A DNA stretch of 64,000 nt from the IMG/VR virus record IMGVR_UViG_3300032245_001163. One strand, written 5' to 3'. A model generated the notes under the pieces. The model had not been told where the DNA came from, searched no databases, and saw nothing but the letters and a program-made list of their open reading frames with translations. The position numbers were made by a program, and so were the translations under genes. This document shows positions 36,428 through 45,257 of this stretch, piece after piece. The first letter of the stretch is position 1, and the number at the start of each line of letters is the position of its first letter. This stretch comes from a virus.

Positions 36428-37542
36428 TGTGCAATCTCCGGCCATAATTTTTTAAACTGCCCTTGTGTGTCCAAGTGATACTGTTGTTCTATTTGTGTTG
36501 TATGCTCACGCAGTTTGGCTCTTAGGTCTTGTTTTGATTGCAAGTTTTGCAACACTGTTTCAAAAAACTGTTGCTCTTCTGGCAAACAAATGTTGTGAGA
36601 CAACAATTTTTTAATTTCATGTTGTGCCAATGCCACAACATCGGCACCTAGATTACTGGGGTCAAGACAGTTGGGTTGATACAGGCTTTGCCAGTGTATG
36701 GTCAGGCCACGATGTCTTGCAAAATCAGTCAGTTCCTGCAAATTAGTAGCATTGTATATGTTGTACACAGCATGTATACCGCCCCAGTGCCCTTGATCAC
36801 GCATGAGTTGTTGTATAGCGTCTAAATTTTTCAACAGCAATGGCCATGAGCCGCCATGTCGTACATATTCAAATCTCTCACCAATATTATCAAAGCTCAG
36901 ACTCCAGCCAACTCGTTGTCGTTGGGATAGTTTTTTAAATATGCGATTGTTTTCCAGTTCAACACTGGCATTGGTTATTAGGGTGACCACACAGTCTGGG
37001 GGTATCACATCCAACAGTCGATCGTTTTCAGGCAACAGCAAAGGTTCACCGCCTACCAAGGCCACTTCACGTATGTGGTCGTGATGCCGAGCAAGATAGT
37101 CGCACACCGCTTCGTAGTAGGGTCGTGCACCTGATGCCACAGGCATGTGCTTCAGTGCGGCCCATTTGCTACTGCATGCTTCGGCACAATAGTTGCAACT
37201 CAAGTTACAAGTAGTATTCCAACGCACATCAATCAGGGTGGGACGATGTTCAGTGTCGTTGGCAGTTTCACAGTCAAACTCTGGACTGACATTGTTGTGC
37301 CAATCTCGTTCACTGCGCCCGTAACGTTCGGCCTGCACACAGTTGTAACAGTAGGCATGCGGTTGCCCTTGGCGTATGCTCTGACGTATTTCTTGCATGA
37401 CAGGACCGTGCAAGATTTGTTCTATTGACTGTGAGTTGAGGTTACCCAGCATGTTGGGGTTGCCAGCACAGCAAGTTTTGACATCACCACGAGGATTGAT
37501 GTGCAGGCCGCGCCAGGGGGCTGCACAGTAGAAATTGCTCAT
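36418..37542 (-). CDS. radical SAM protein with N-terminal twitch-like cluster
   Basis: YCAAPW...TCC, CYNC, CNLSCNYC, VGGEPLL; late TAAATA 4 nt before ATG. Confidence 0.9.
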   Translation of the reverse strand: MSNFYCAAPWRGLHINPRGDVKTCCAGNPNMLGNLNSQSIEQILHGPVMQEIRQSIRQGQPHAYCYNCVQAERYGRSERDWHNNVSPEFDCETANDTEHRPTLIDVRWNTTCNLSCNYCAEACSSKWAALKHMPVASGARPYYEAVCDYLARHHDHIREVALVGGEPLLLPENDRLLDVIPPDCVVTLITNASVELENNRIFKKLSQRQRVGWSLSFDNIGERFEYVRHGGSWPLLLKNLDAIQQLMRDQGHWGGIHAVYNIYNATNLQELTDFARHRGLTIHWQSLYQPNCLDPSNLGADVVALAQHEIKKLLSHNICLPEEQQFFETVLQNLQSKQDLRAKLREHTTQIEQQYHLDTQGQFKKLWPEIAQCL

Positions 37543-37557
37543 ACCGTATTTACGGTG

Positions 37558-38364
37558 TTATTCGCTGCTCTTGCATTTTTGGCGTTTGGCATTGGTAAGT
37601 GCGCCAAAGTCCACAGGCCATTCTTGTCCAATGGGTAGTTCTCGTGCATTGGCAGGATAAGCAAACTTCACACCGGCTTTGTTTTCGATGGCCGAAACAG
37701 CAGCACGGGCTTTTGTCAAGTCATTGCCTTGTCCGCCTTCGTGTCGGAAATACCAGCCAGCCATGGCGCCGGTGGCTTGATTGATAACAATTTTATAAAA
37801 GCCTGTGGGTACTACAACACCGTTGCCAATCTTTTTGTCAGTGGCTGTGTCATACACAGCACCCACATAGATTGTGTAGGTTTGATTTTGTTGCACTGTC
37901 CAACCACGTACTGAAGTTTCTAGTAGTTTCCAAATGCCACGATTGAGTCCACCCAGTTGTGGGTACATGTTGGTCATTAGGAATGACTCGTACTCTACTT
38001 GTCGATCCCAACTCAAGTCGCCATCAGGAGCAGCATGACCTTTGTCGTAGCCGGTGCCAGCGTAGTCATCTGGTCTTGGTCCGTTGGGCACACTTGCATC
38101 TGCCACAAACGCATTGGTTCTTGGCCAGCATCCTAGTGCATTGGGCGGGGTCAGTGTATATGTCACATAGTTGGGAATCTTTGCAGCCGCATCATAGGCC
38201 ACAAAGTATGCTCTGCGGCAGATGGCTGTGACTTGTTTGCTAGTCTGTGCCCAACCATATGGGTTGTGTGCTTGACAGCGAGCAGGATCAAGAGGAGGGG
38301 TTTGATCCCAGGCCTGTGCTAGATTAACGGCTGTGATCAACAGTGCAAATAATAGTGTTTTCAT
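37558..38364 (-). CDS. DNA/RNA non-specific endonuclease (NucA/EndoG family) with signal peptide
   Basis: MKTLLFALLITAVNLAQA signal; YDKGHAAP, SFLMTNMYPQ..LNRGIW..LE, VPTGFYK. Confidence 0.9.
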   Translation of the reverse strand: MKTLLFALLITAVNLAQAWDQTPPLDPARCQAHNPYGWAQTSKQVTAICRRAYFVAYDAAAKIPNYVTYTLTPPNALGCWPRTNAFVADASVPNGPRPDDYAGTGYDKGHAAPDGDLSWDRQVEYESFLMTNMYPQLGGLNRGIWKLLETSVRGWTVQQNQTYTIYVGAVYDTATDKKIGNGVVVPTGFYKIVINQATGAMAGWYFRHEGGQGNDLTKARAAVSAIENKAGVKFAYPANARELPIGQEWPVDFGALTNAKRQKCKSSE

Positions 38365-38397
38365 TCTCTTGCTTTCTAATAGTTCTATATTTATTGG

Positions 38398-38670
38398 TTA
38401 TTCTACGGCTTCTTCCAAATAATAACCACAGTGCGGATTGTTTAAAAAAAACTTGGGCTCTGAAGGATAGATTCGGCAACCTTCGTAACGAGTGTTGTAT
38501 ATGGTGCATTTGAGAGTCACATCTGGATCTTGATTGTAATACTGGCACCATTCCGTAGTATAGGTGGTGGCGTCTGAGTAGACTTTAAACAAACAACAAG
38601 CACTGCCACAGCCGCCTGCAGGATCACAACTGCCACGAACTACAGGGTTGATCCAAACAATCTTGGACAC
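38398..38670 (-). CDS. YkgJ/CxxCxxCC-like cysteine-cluster protein
   Basis: C...CGSACC...C...CTIYNTR..GCRIYP. Confidence 0.7.
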   Translation of the reverse strand: MSKIVWINPVVRGSCDPAGGCGSACCLFKVYSDATTYTTEWCQYYNQDPDVTLKCTIYNTRYEGCRIYPSEPKFFLNNPHCGYYLEEAVE

Positions 38671-38671
38671 A

Positions 38672-40210
38672 TTAGACCCAGGCCAGATAAGTTAGATCAA
38701 ATGCTGAAGTGGTGATGGCACCACCAGTGGTGTTTTGTAATTGTATGCCCAGAGTGTTGGCAGTTGATGGATATGCGGCTGAGACAAAAATACCTGCATT
38801 TAAATTTATAGCAGGAGTAACAATAACTTTGTGACTGGTGGTTAGGCCTGTGACTGTGACTGTGACGTTTACACTTGTGGTATTTTTAGCAATGACCTGA
38901 CTTGGTATGTTTGCTTGGCCTGTTAGGAATGTGCCTGCTGTGGATGAAGTATTGACTGTTAAATTGGATGCTGAACCAACTAGGTTACCGGTAAATTTTG
39001 CGGCTGTGACATTGCCACCAGTGATGTTGCCTGTGGCTGAGACCAAACCACCAGTTAGTATGTTGCCACCCGTGATGTTGGCAGTGACATTTACCAGACC
39101 ACTAGTCAAAACGTTACCGCCTGTTATGTTGCCTGTGGCTGAGACCAAACCACCAGTCAAGACATTGCCACCTGTGATATTGCCAGTGACACTTACCAGA
39201 CCACTAGTCAAAACGTTACCGCCTGTTATGTTGCCTGTGGCAGATATGGTGCCAGCAGTGGTAAATTTAGTTGCATTCACACCATTGGCTGTGGTAATAT
39301 TGGCCACATCCACTCTGGCATTGGCATCACTGCCCACAGGAGTAACTGTAAACACCAATTGACTGCCTTGGGCTGTGGTGGTTTGATTTTCCAATGCAGT
39401 GGCTCGAATCTGTGCAAAAGCAACATTGCCTACTCCTGCATTGGTGGCTGCAGTGGCGTTGAGACGAAAAACATCTTGTCCGGCCAGGACCTGTGTGGGC
39501 ACAGACACATTGCCGTTGAATCTGCGAGTGACCAGGCTCACATAATTGTCATTGCCGTCAAAATACAATCTATTTGGTATGCTCAACTGTCCAGTAACAT
39601 GCAACATGGCACCAGTTTGCCCGGGAGGTATGCTGTTTCCACTTGTGGATCCAATGATTCGTATTGCTCCATCGGCATCGGCGGTTGGAATGTAAAAAGT
39701 TACTTGACCATCTTTATTGAATTCTGCATACCGGTTGGCAGTGTTGGGTGGTAACCCATCAGGCTTGTAAAATCCCACATTACCAATAAGTTGAACTTCG
39801 GCATTGCCACTGGTAATGAGAATCATGTTCTCATCAACGTTGACAATACTCAAAACATTGTTGCTGGCAGTGAAGTTACCAAATGATATTGGCAGGTTGG
39901 CAGAGTTAATGGTCAGCTGTCCAGTGTTGCCAATTACCACTCCTGGGCCAGGAAATATACCACCAACTTTGTTGTTGCCTGCAGGCGAAATATTGCCCAG
40001 CACCACAAGATTGCCTGTGATGGTGGCTGTGTTCAGTGTGACATTGGCAGTGTTTGCAACACTTATGGGCACACCGCCGGCTGTGTTGCCATCGCTGGAG
40101 TAAAATGCATTGGTGTCTGGATTCCACCAGATTCGACCAGTTTGTCCAACATAGGTCACACTGTTGGCGTTGTTGTCTCGGCTGGTGAAAATATTTTGGA
40201 TGAAACTCAT
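38672..40210 (-). CDS. tail fibre/spike-like structural protein
   Basis: Gly/Thr/Asn-rich with 17-aa GNITGGNVLTxGLVSxT repeats. Confidence 0.7.
   Translation of the reverse strand: MSFIQNIFTSRDNNANSVTYVGQTGRIWWNPDTNAFYSSDGNTAGGVPISVANTANVTLNTATITGNLVVLGNISPAGNNKVGGIFPGPGVVIGNTGQLTINSANLPISFGNFTASNNVLSIVNVDENMILITSGNAEVQLIGNVGFYKPDGLPPNTANRYAEFNKDGQVTFYIPTADADGAIRIIGSTSGNSIPPGQTGAMLHVTGQLSIPNRLYFDGNDNYVSLVTRRFNGNVSVPTQVLAGQDVFRLNATAATNAGVGNVAFAQIRATALENQTTTAQGSQLVFTVTPVGSDANARVDVANITTANGVNATKFTTAGTISATGNITGGNVLTSGLVSVTGNITGGNVLTGGLVSATGNITGGNVLTSGLVNVTANITGGNILTGGLVSATGNITGGNVTAAKFTGNLVGSASNLTVNTSSTAGTFLTGQANIPSQVIAKNTTSVNVTVTVTGLTTSHKVIVTPAINLNAGIFVSAAYPSTANTLGIQLQNTTGGAITTSAFDLTYLAWV
39005..39245. 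repeat. 51-nt coding tandem repeat (about 4-5 units)
   Basis: Recurring gttgcctgtggctgagaccaaaccacc and accagaccactagtcaaaacgttaccgcctgttatg. Confidence 0.85.
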
Positions 40211-40219
40211 AGCACCACC

Positions 40220-40555
40220 TTATTCTAGTGGCTCGTCGTCGCTGAGTTCGTGTGTGATCAGTGCATTGACGCCTGCGGCTTTTTTCATGCGTTCAAGAGC
40301 ATCAGTTTCTTCAGGCTCCATGGGTGTCACACGGTAGTTGCTGGCTTCTGGGCTGTTGGCCAGTTTATCAACATTTTCGTCATAGACGTTTTCCACGCCC
40401 ACTGCTTTTTTCAGCAGTTCTAATTTGTTTTGTAGTGGTGGTAGGAATGTATCGTTGGGTTCAGGAATTAATCCCGAAGTCTGCGATTGTTGGGCAGGTT
40501 GTGACTTTGCGTCAATCATGTCGGCCATTTGGCGAAGTATTTCTGCTGCTCTCAT
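40220..40555 (-). CDS. putative internal head protein
   Basis: MRAAEIL N-terminus; two LxxxKKAxGV motifs; late promoter. Confidence 0.55.
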   Translation of the reverse strand: MRAAEILRQMADMIDAKSQPAQQSQTSGLIPEPNDTFLPPLQNKLELLKKAVGVENVYDENVDKLANSPEASNYRVTPMEPEETDALERMKKAAGVNALITHELSDDEPLE

Positions 40556-40561
40556 TGAAGT

Positions 40562-40594
40562 TCCTTGTTCTGCTGTTATTTAGCAGAACAAAGA
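40562..40594 (-). promoter_or_regulatory. late promoter inside an RBS-sequestering hairpin
   Basis: 13-bp stem TCTTTGTTCTGCT/AGCAGAACAAGGA; TAAATA (40577-40582) in the loop. Confidence 0.7.
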
Positions 40595-40596
40595 GG

Positions 40597-40983
40597 TTAA
40601 CGTGGGTAACCTGCAAATGGTTTTACAGGACTTTGTTTCTGCACAGACGCAGGTTCCAGGCTGTTTGGTGTGCTGACTTGTACTTTGGTAGCAGGCAGGT
40701 CAGCCATTTTCAATGCCTGGTCAATTATTGGTTCAATAGTGGCGTTGAAACCACCAATCACTGCCTCTTCTCCAAATGCAGCCTGAGGAGACCAGTCTGG
40801 AAAGTTCTTAGCAATGCCATCTGTGCCGGCATCACTTCTGGCACGGGCCATGGCCACGCCCAGTCGATAGATCATGTATGGATCGCTGGATTTTACTCCG
40901 GGCAACACAAACACATGATTCATAGGGTCTGCTTGCTCAGGAGGTAGCGTTGCTTGTTCAGTAATAAACTCTTTTGCTCTCAT
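40597..40983 (-). CDS. putative internal head protein, paralog of 41477-41848
   Basis: MRAKEFITE N-terminus; SPVKPFAGYPR C-terminus. Confidence 0.6.
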   Translation of the reverse strand: MRAKEFITEQATLPPEQADPMNHVFVLPGVKSSDPYMIYRLGVAMARARSDAGTDGIAKNFPDWSPQAAFGEEAVIGGFNATIEPIIDQALKMADLPATKVQVSTPNSLEPASVQKQSPVKPFAGYPR

Positions 40984-41480
40984 GCTGCTGTCTCCACTGT
41001 TTTATTCCAGTGATTGTCAGGCACAATGGATTCATACGCACATTCTTGCCCCCAATACTCGTCATTGAAAAAAGAGTAGTACTTGGTCTTCAACAAACTT
41101 TCTCTGCCTTTTTCAATTTCTTGTTTGGGCTGGCACATGACCAAATTGTATTTGCAGTTGTTGGTCAATATACCATTGATGTAAGTGCGTTTGGTTTTGT
41201 GATCAGGCAAAAATACGTACTCTGGATGTTGACTGTTCAACTGCAAGCATCGATCAGTCATTTGTTGCTCGGATACGTCATCGGGCAAAATATAAATTAT
41301 CAATTTGAATTCGTAGTCAGGAACACCCAACGTATCCAATTCTGTGTTGATGATTTGATATATTGCTTTTTTAGCAAAAGGGCACACAGGCAAATTGTCT
41401 AATTTTTCCTGTGGTTCACTGACATGTTCTATCCACGATTTAATATGTGCATCGACATCTGTTATAGAAAGTACAGTCAT
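40980..41480 (-). CDS. hypothetical protein (DUF1415-like CPFA motif)
   Basis: WIEHV...LPVCPFAKKA, DH, YYS. Confidence 0.55.
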   Translation of the reverse strand: MTVLSITDVDAHIKSWIEHVSEPQEKLDNLPVCPFAKKAIYQIINTELDTLGVPDYEFKLIIYILPDDVSEQQMTDRCLQLNSQHPEYVFLPDHKTKRTYINGILTNNCKYNLVMCQPKQEIEKGRESLLKTKYYSFFNDEYWGQECAYESIVPDNHWNKTVETAA

Positions 41481-41848
41481 CGAGGGTATCCTGCAAATGC
41501 TTTCACTGGACTGGCTGTGTGTACAGCAGGATGTTCTGCTGATTTCAAGTCGCCGTGATTTAAATCTTCATAATGACTGCCTATGGCTTGATAAGCCTTT
41601 TTCAACATGGCTTGTTCTTCAGGGGTATACGGTGCTGCAATGTTGTTGCGTCCTGCCCATGACTCGCCATCCAGTTCAGGCACAAATGTGCCATCAGTCG
41701 AAGCCACTGCCATCATGATACGGTTGAGTTCATACACACGGTCAGCAAACTGTGCATCACGAAACTTGTTCAGGCCTACTGTGGCCTGGTTGAGTCGTTT
41801 GCCCATTTTACCAACCTTGTCTTCGGCGACAAACTCAGTTGCTCTCAT
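41477..41848 (-). CDS. putative internal head protein, paralog of 40597-40983
   Basis: MRATEFVAE N-terminus; SPVKAFAGYPR C-terminus. Confidence 0.6.
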   Translation of the reverse strand: MRATEFVAEDKVGKMGKRLNQATVGLNKFRDAQFADRVYELNRIMMAVASTDGTFVPELDGESWAGRNNIAAPYTPEEQAMLKKAYQAIGSHYEDLNHGDLKSAEHPAVHTASPVKAFAGYPR

Positions 41849-41849
41849 A

Positions 41850-42197
41850 TTATGATGCCGGAGTTGCTATACCATTGCTGGCTGCTGTGGCCGAGGTTGC
41901 TGTGCCCAAGGCTGTAGCAGTAAAACCACCAGCACCTGTGAGAATGTTCAAGTAGTTGCCTGCACCCACATAGTATTGGGTAACAGTGTTGCCTGGCACC
42001 GCAATAGCGTTGGCATACAAGTTGCCCACAGGAGTGGTCATTGTAGCATTGGCAGTGTTGCCATCCCATGTTTTGTAAGTCAACTGCACAGCACTGACTT
42101 GAAATGTAACATTACTGAGTGTGGTGGCAAATTCCACTTTGTCTGTGGTCCAGAGTGTGTTGCCTATTGCATTTACGACTTGTACTGTGGTTGCCAT
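41850..42197 (-). CDS. probable structural protein
   Basis: 115 aa, Thr/Ala/Gly-rich, in the late operon. Confidence 0.6.
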   Translation of the reverse strand: MATTVQVVNAIGNTLWTTDKVEFATTLSNVTFQVSAVQLTYKTWDGNTANATMTTPVGNLYANAIAVPGNTVTQYYVGAGNYLNILTGAGGFTATALGTATSATAASNGIATPAS

Positions 42198-42385
42198 TAT
42201 TTGTTGCCTTCAGGTTTGGAAACTATGGGTTGAAATAGTTCTCTTGCTTGATACATAACACCTGGGATTTCCACAGGTGTTTGTTTCACGCTTGGTACAG
42301 AGGGTGGCACATAATTGTTAGCATTACGCTGTGCAATTTCTGCTGCCACTTCACTGTAGGGTCTCATCATGTTGTTTGAAGTCAT
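42197..42385 (-). CDS. hypothetical protein
   Basis: 62 aa; TAATG coupling to the next gene. Confidence 0.65.
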   Translation of the reverse strand: MTSNNMMRPYSEVAAEIAQRNANNYVPPSVPSVKQTPVEIPGVMYQARELFQPIVSKPEGNK

Positions 42386-42388
42386 TGT

Positions 42389-45253
42389 TTACCCCTTGTA
42401 TGCTCGCCATTGGTTGGTGAGAGCAAAAATGCTTTCATCAACTTTCTTTTCTGCTTGTGCTTTTTTGATAGCCTTGTCAACTGAACCGGCATGTTCTTCT
42501 GGACCGGATTCAATGTTGCCATCGTTGTCCCAGTCTGTGGTGGCTTTCTTGGCTTCTTTAATGCCAGCCATTTCTTTCATGCGTTGAATGCTGTCTTCGT
42601 ACTGGTTGTCATCTTTGCCAAATTCAGCATTAACTGAATCAGGATTCATGTCAGAAGTATCTGGACTCATACCTGATTTAAATGCAGCATTGACTTCGTC
42701 GTTTGACATAGCAGTAACGTCGGGACTCATACCTAAAGTCAATGCAGCATTGACTTCGTCTTTTGACATCCGAGCCACTTCGGGAGATATTGGCCCTAGA
42801 TCAACTTCAGTTTTGATGCCAGCCATTTCTCTGATTCTGCGTAGATCATCATTGTGTGGATGGGTTGCCACCACAGGCACAGTTGATTGTCCATCACCTG
42901 CTATGTCGGTTTTAGGTCTATTCAACCCGCCAGCATAACCAAAGTTGCTGTCAGCCTGTTCAGTGTTGGTGGGCCAATCAGGAGCATTTTCGTCCACTGC
43001 TTCATGCACATCACCGCAACCGCAATCTGTCATACCGCAGGTATCACATGCTTCTTCGCCATGTGAGTGTGCTTCTCCACCGCCAAGTCCTGCTGATTTC
43101 AGTATCATGGCCAATTTCATCGCATCTTCATCTGTGGCTGTGACTGTCAGGCTCTTGTTGCCTTCTGTTGAATCACTCATATTCACGCTCATTGATTCAG
43201 CAATCATCAGTTCTAGTTCACGATTCATTGAGTCGTAAATGCCTTTGCCAAAACTCATGCCACCAGACTTGGCTGGTTTAACATTGACTTGGCCTTTGTC
43301 CATTGTGGCACTGATTCGGCCAGTGGTTGAACTGGTTGAAGTCTGTCCTGGACCAGTTTGTTTAGTAATCAATCTGCCTTCTTCAGAATTCTCGTCGACT
43401 TCTTCTTTCTTTTTGCTCTTGACTTTTTCAGGCAAGCCTTTGTGCTTGGTGCTGGCAAAATCTTCAGCATCTTTTTTCTTCATGGTCTTAGCAACTTTGC
43501 CCACAGCCTTGCTGGCAGGCTTTTCACCTTTTTGTGCTGCATGTACCATGCCCATGAAACGTTGTTGTTTCTTGCTTACTGCTTTTTCAGCAATGGGTTC
43601 TTCTTCGCCGTCATCACTGGCTTGATTTTGCATGTACTCGTCGATGCTGATCATCATGCCTTCAATCTTGGCCAATTTGGATTGTACCCATTCTGGCAAG
43701 TTGTCGTTGTCGCCTAGAACCTTGCTCAAGGCCTGTGCATGACGCACAATGGTCTTGATGTCATCTTTGGCCATGTCGCCTTCTTGATCGTATTCGCCTT
43801 GGTCAGTGATGTCCTGATCACCTTCTTTGGTCATCAACTTGGACTTTCTTTGAAACACCTTGGCTTTGCTACTAACATTCTTGGTACCTTTTGGTCTACC
43901 ACGTCCACGTGGTCCTGCTTGTGTATCTGAATCATCATCGGCACCAACACTAATACCTTGTGCATCAGTACGGCGTGTTACAGTACGTCCTGTATATCTT
44001 GGATCTGAGGTGCTGTGTTTGATGTCGTGCTTGGCACCACGTTCAGTGCTGCCGGCTTTGGGTGTATCAACTTTTCTTGTGCTCATGTCAAACGCAGTGC
44101 CTTTTGAACGTTCTTCGTCCATCTCGTCCTTGCTGCCGGACTTGGCACCTTTACGCAACATAGCAAAATCGTTGGCATCTAGTTTGCCATTTTTGTTCAT
44201 GTCAATTTTCTTCTGCTTTGGGCTCAATGCATTACGCATGGCTTCGGCTGCCACATCGCCCAGCATCTCATCAACTTCTTTTTTGGCGCCGGCAATCTTG
44301 TCAGCAAAAGTGATTTTGTTTGCAGGAGGTGCTAGTTTGGCAAATGACTTTTGTTTGGCAGTCATTGGAGCACCAGACTCTGGTACGCCTTCGGGGTCGC
44401 CACTGGGTGCTGGAACTCCTCTTTCGCCTGGCTTGGGTGGATCAGCAGTCCATACGCCACCTTTGATGGTGCCCATGTTGTTGCCTTTGGGGGCTGGCTT
44501 GCTGGGCTTGGCAGGCACATATGGTGGAGTACGTCCTGCTGTGGATGCTTGCTTGTCAACCATTGATTTTGCAGGAGCAGGTCCACCACTTTCTTGTGTT
44601 GGCTTGGGATAACGTTTTGCCAAACGTTCTCTTTCGTCTGGTCTAGGACCATATTCTGGATCAGGCATGTCGTAACCAAGTTTGTCTTTGATTTTGTTGA
44701 TCACGCCTGGTGCTGTGCGATCTACATATTTGTTCTGACCTCGAGCATCATTCGACCATGCACCAACGCTTCCATCTGTATTACCATATTTGTCAAAATC
44801 TGGTGTCTTGTAATTTGCACGGTCTGGACTGATTGCACTAGGACCTGCTTGATTTCTATTAGGACCTGCAGTACCTGGACCAAAGTCTTGGTCTTCGTTG
44901 TAATTGTCGTATTTTTTACGGATTGGATCCAGTGCTTTGCCTTCACGTCCGGCTTTTTGTAGTGCTTTCATGCCTTGTTTGCCGTACTTTTCGTAGCCTT
45001 TGGCAGCACGGCTCATGCCTTCTTCTTCTTCCAGTTTGCCAGCCTTGGCCATCTTGGCCTTGACAGCACCAGCCACACGCTCACCAGCAGCCTTGCTGCC
45101 GTATTCTTTGGCTGCTTTGTCAGCCAATGCCTTGAACCCTGTGGTGGCATTGTTGTGCTTGCCCATGTCGCGCTCGTTTAATTGACCATGCGTTTTGCTT
45201 GGTGTTTCGCGAATGGCGTCTAGTTTTTTGTTTAAATCGTAAAAGAAACTCAT
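42389..45253 (-). CDS. large low-complexity head protein, probable protease-processed polyprotein
   Basis: 954 aa, modular, many hydrophobic-x-E sites; AT-hook, EF-hand-like and DUF3008-like segments. Confidence 0.6.
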   Translation of the reverse strand: MSFFYDLNKKLDAIRETPSKTHGQLNERDMGKHNNATTGFKALADKAAKEYGSKAAGERVAGAVKAKMAKAGKLEEEEGMSRAAKGYEKYGKQGMKALQKAGREGKALDPIRKKYDNYNEDQDFGPGTAGPNRNQAGPSAISPDRANYKTPDFDKYGNTDGSVGAWSNDARGQNKYVDRTAPGVINKIKDKLGYDMPDPEYGPRPDERERLAKRYPKPTQESGGPAPAKSMVDKQASTAGRTPPYVPAKPSKPAPKGNNMGTIKGGVWTADPPKPGERGVPAPSGDPEGVPESGAPMTAKQKSFAKLAPPANKITFADKIAGAKKEVDEMLGDVAAEAMRNALSPKQKKIDMNKNGKLDANDFAMLRKGAKSGSKDEMDEERSKGTAFDMSTRKVDTPKAGSTERGAKHDIKHSTSDPRYTGRTVTRRTDAQGISVGADDDSDTQAGPRGRGRPKGTKNVSSKAKVFQRKSKLMTKEGDQDITDQGEYDQEGDMAKDDIKTIVRHAQALSKVLGDNDNLPEWVQSKLAKIEGMMISIDEYMQNQASDDGEEEPIAEKAVSKKQQRFMGMVHAAQKGEKPASKAVGKVAKTMKKKDAEDFASTKHKGLPEKVKSKKKEEVDENSEEGRLITKQTGPGQTSTSSTTGRISATMDKGQVNVKPAKSGGMSFGKGIYDSMNRELELMIAESMSVNMSDSTEGNKSLTVTATDEDAMKLAMILKSAGLGGGEAHSHGEEACDTCGMTDCGCGDVHEAVDENAPDWPTNTEQADSNFGYAGGLNRPKTDIAGDGQSTVPVVATHPHNDDLRRIREMAGIKTEVDLGPISPEVARMSKDEVNAALTLGMSPDVTAMSNDEVNAAFKSGMSPDTSDMNPDSVNAEFGKDDNQYEDSIQRMKEMAGIKEAKKATTDWDNDGNIESGPEEHAGSVDKAIKKAQAEKKVDESIFALTNQWRAYKG

Positions 45254-45257
45254 TGTA

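Noticed and set aside
38907-39362. Long plus-strand ORFs opposite real genes (also 8351-8767, 11174-11572, 32912-33397, 43860-44612, 51522-51869)
   Set aside because: These are antisense shadows of codon-biased genes, with no RBS, promoter or protein motifs.
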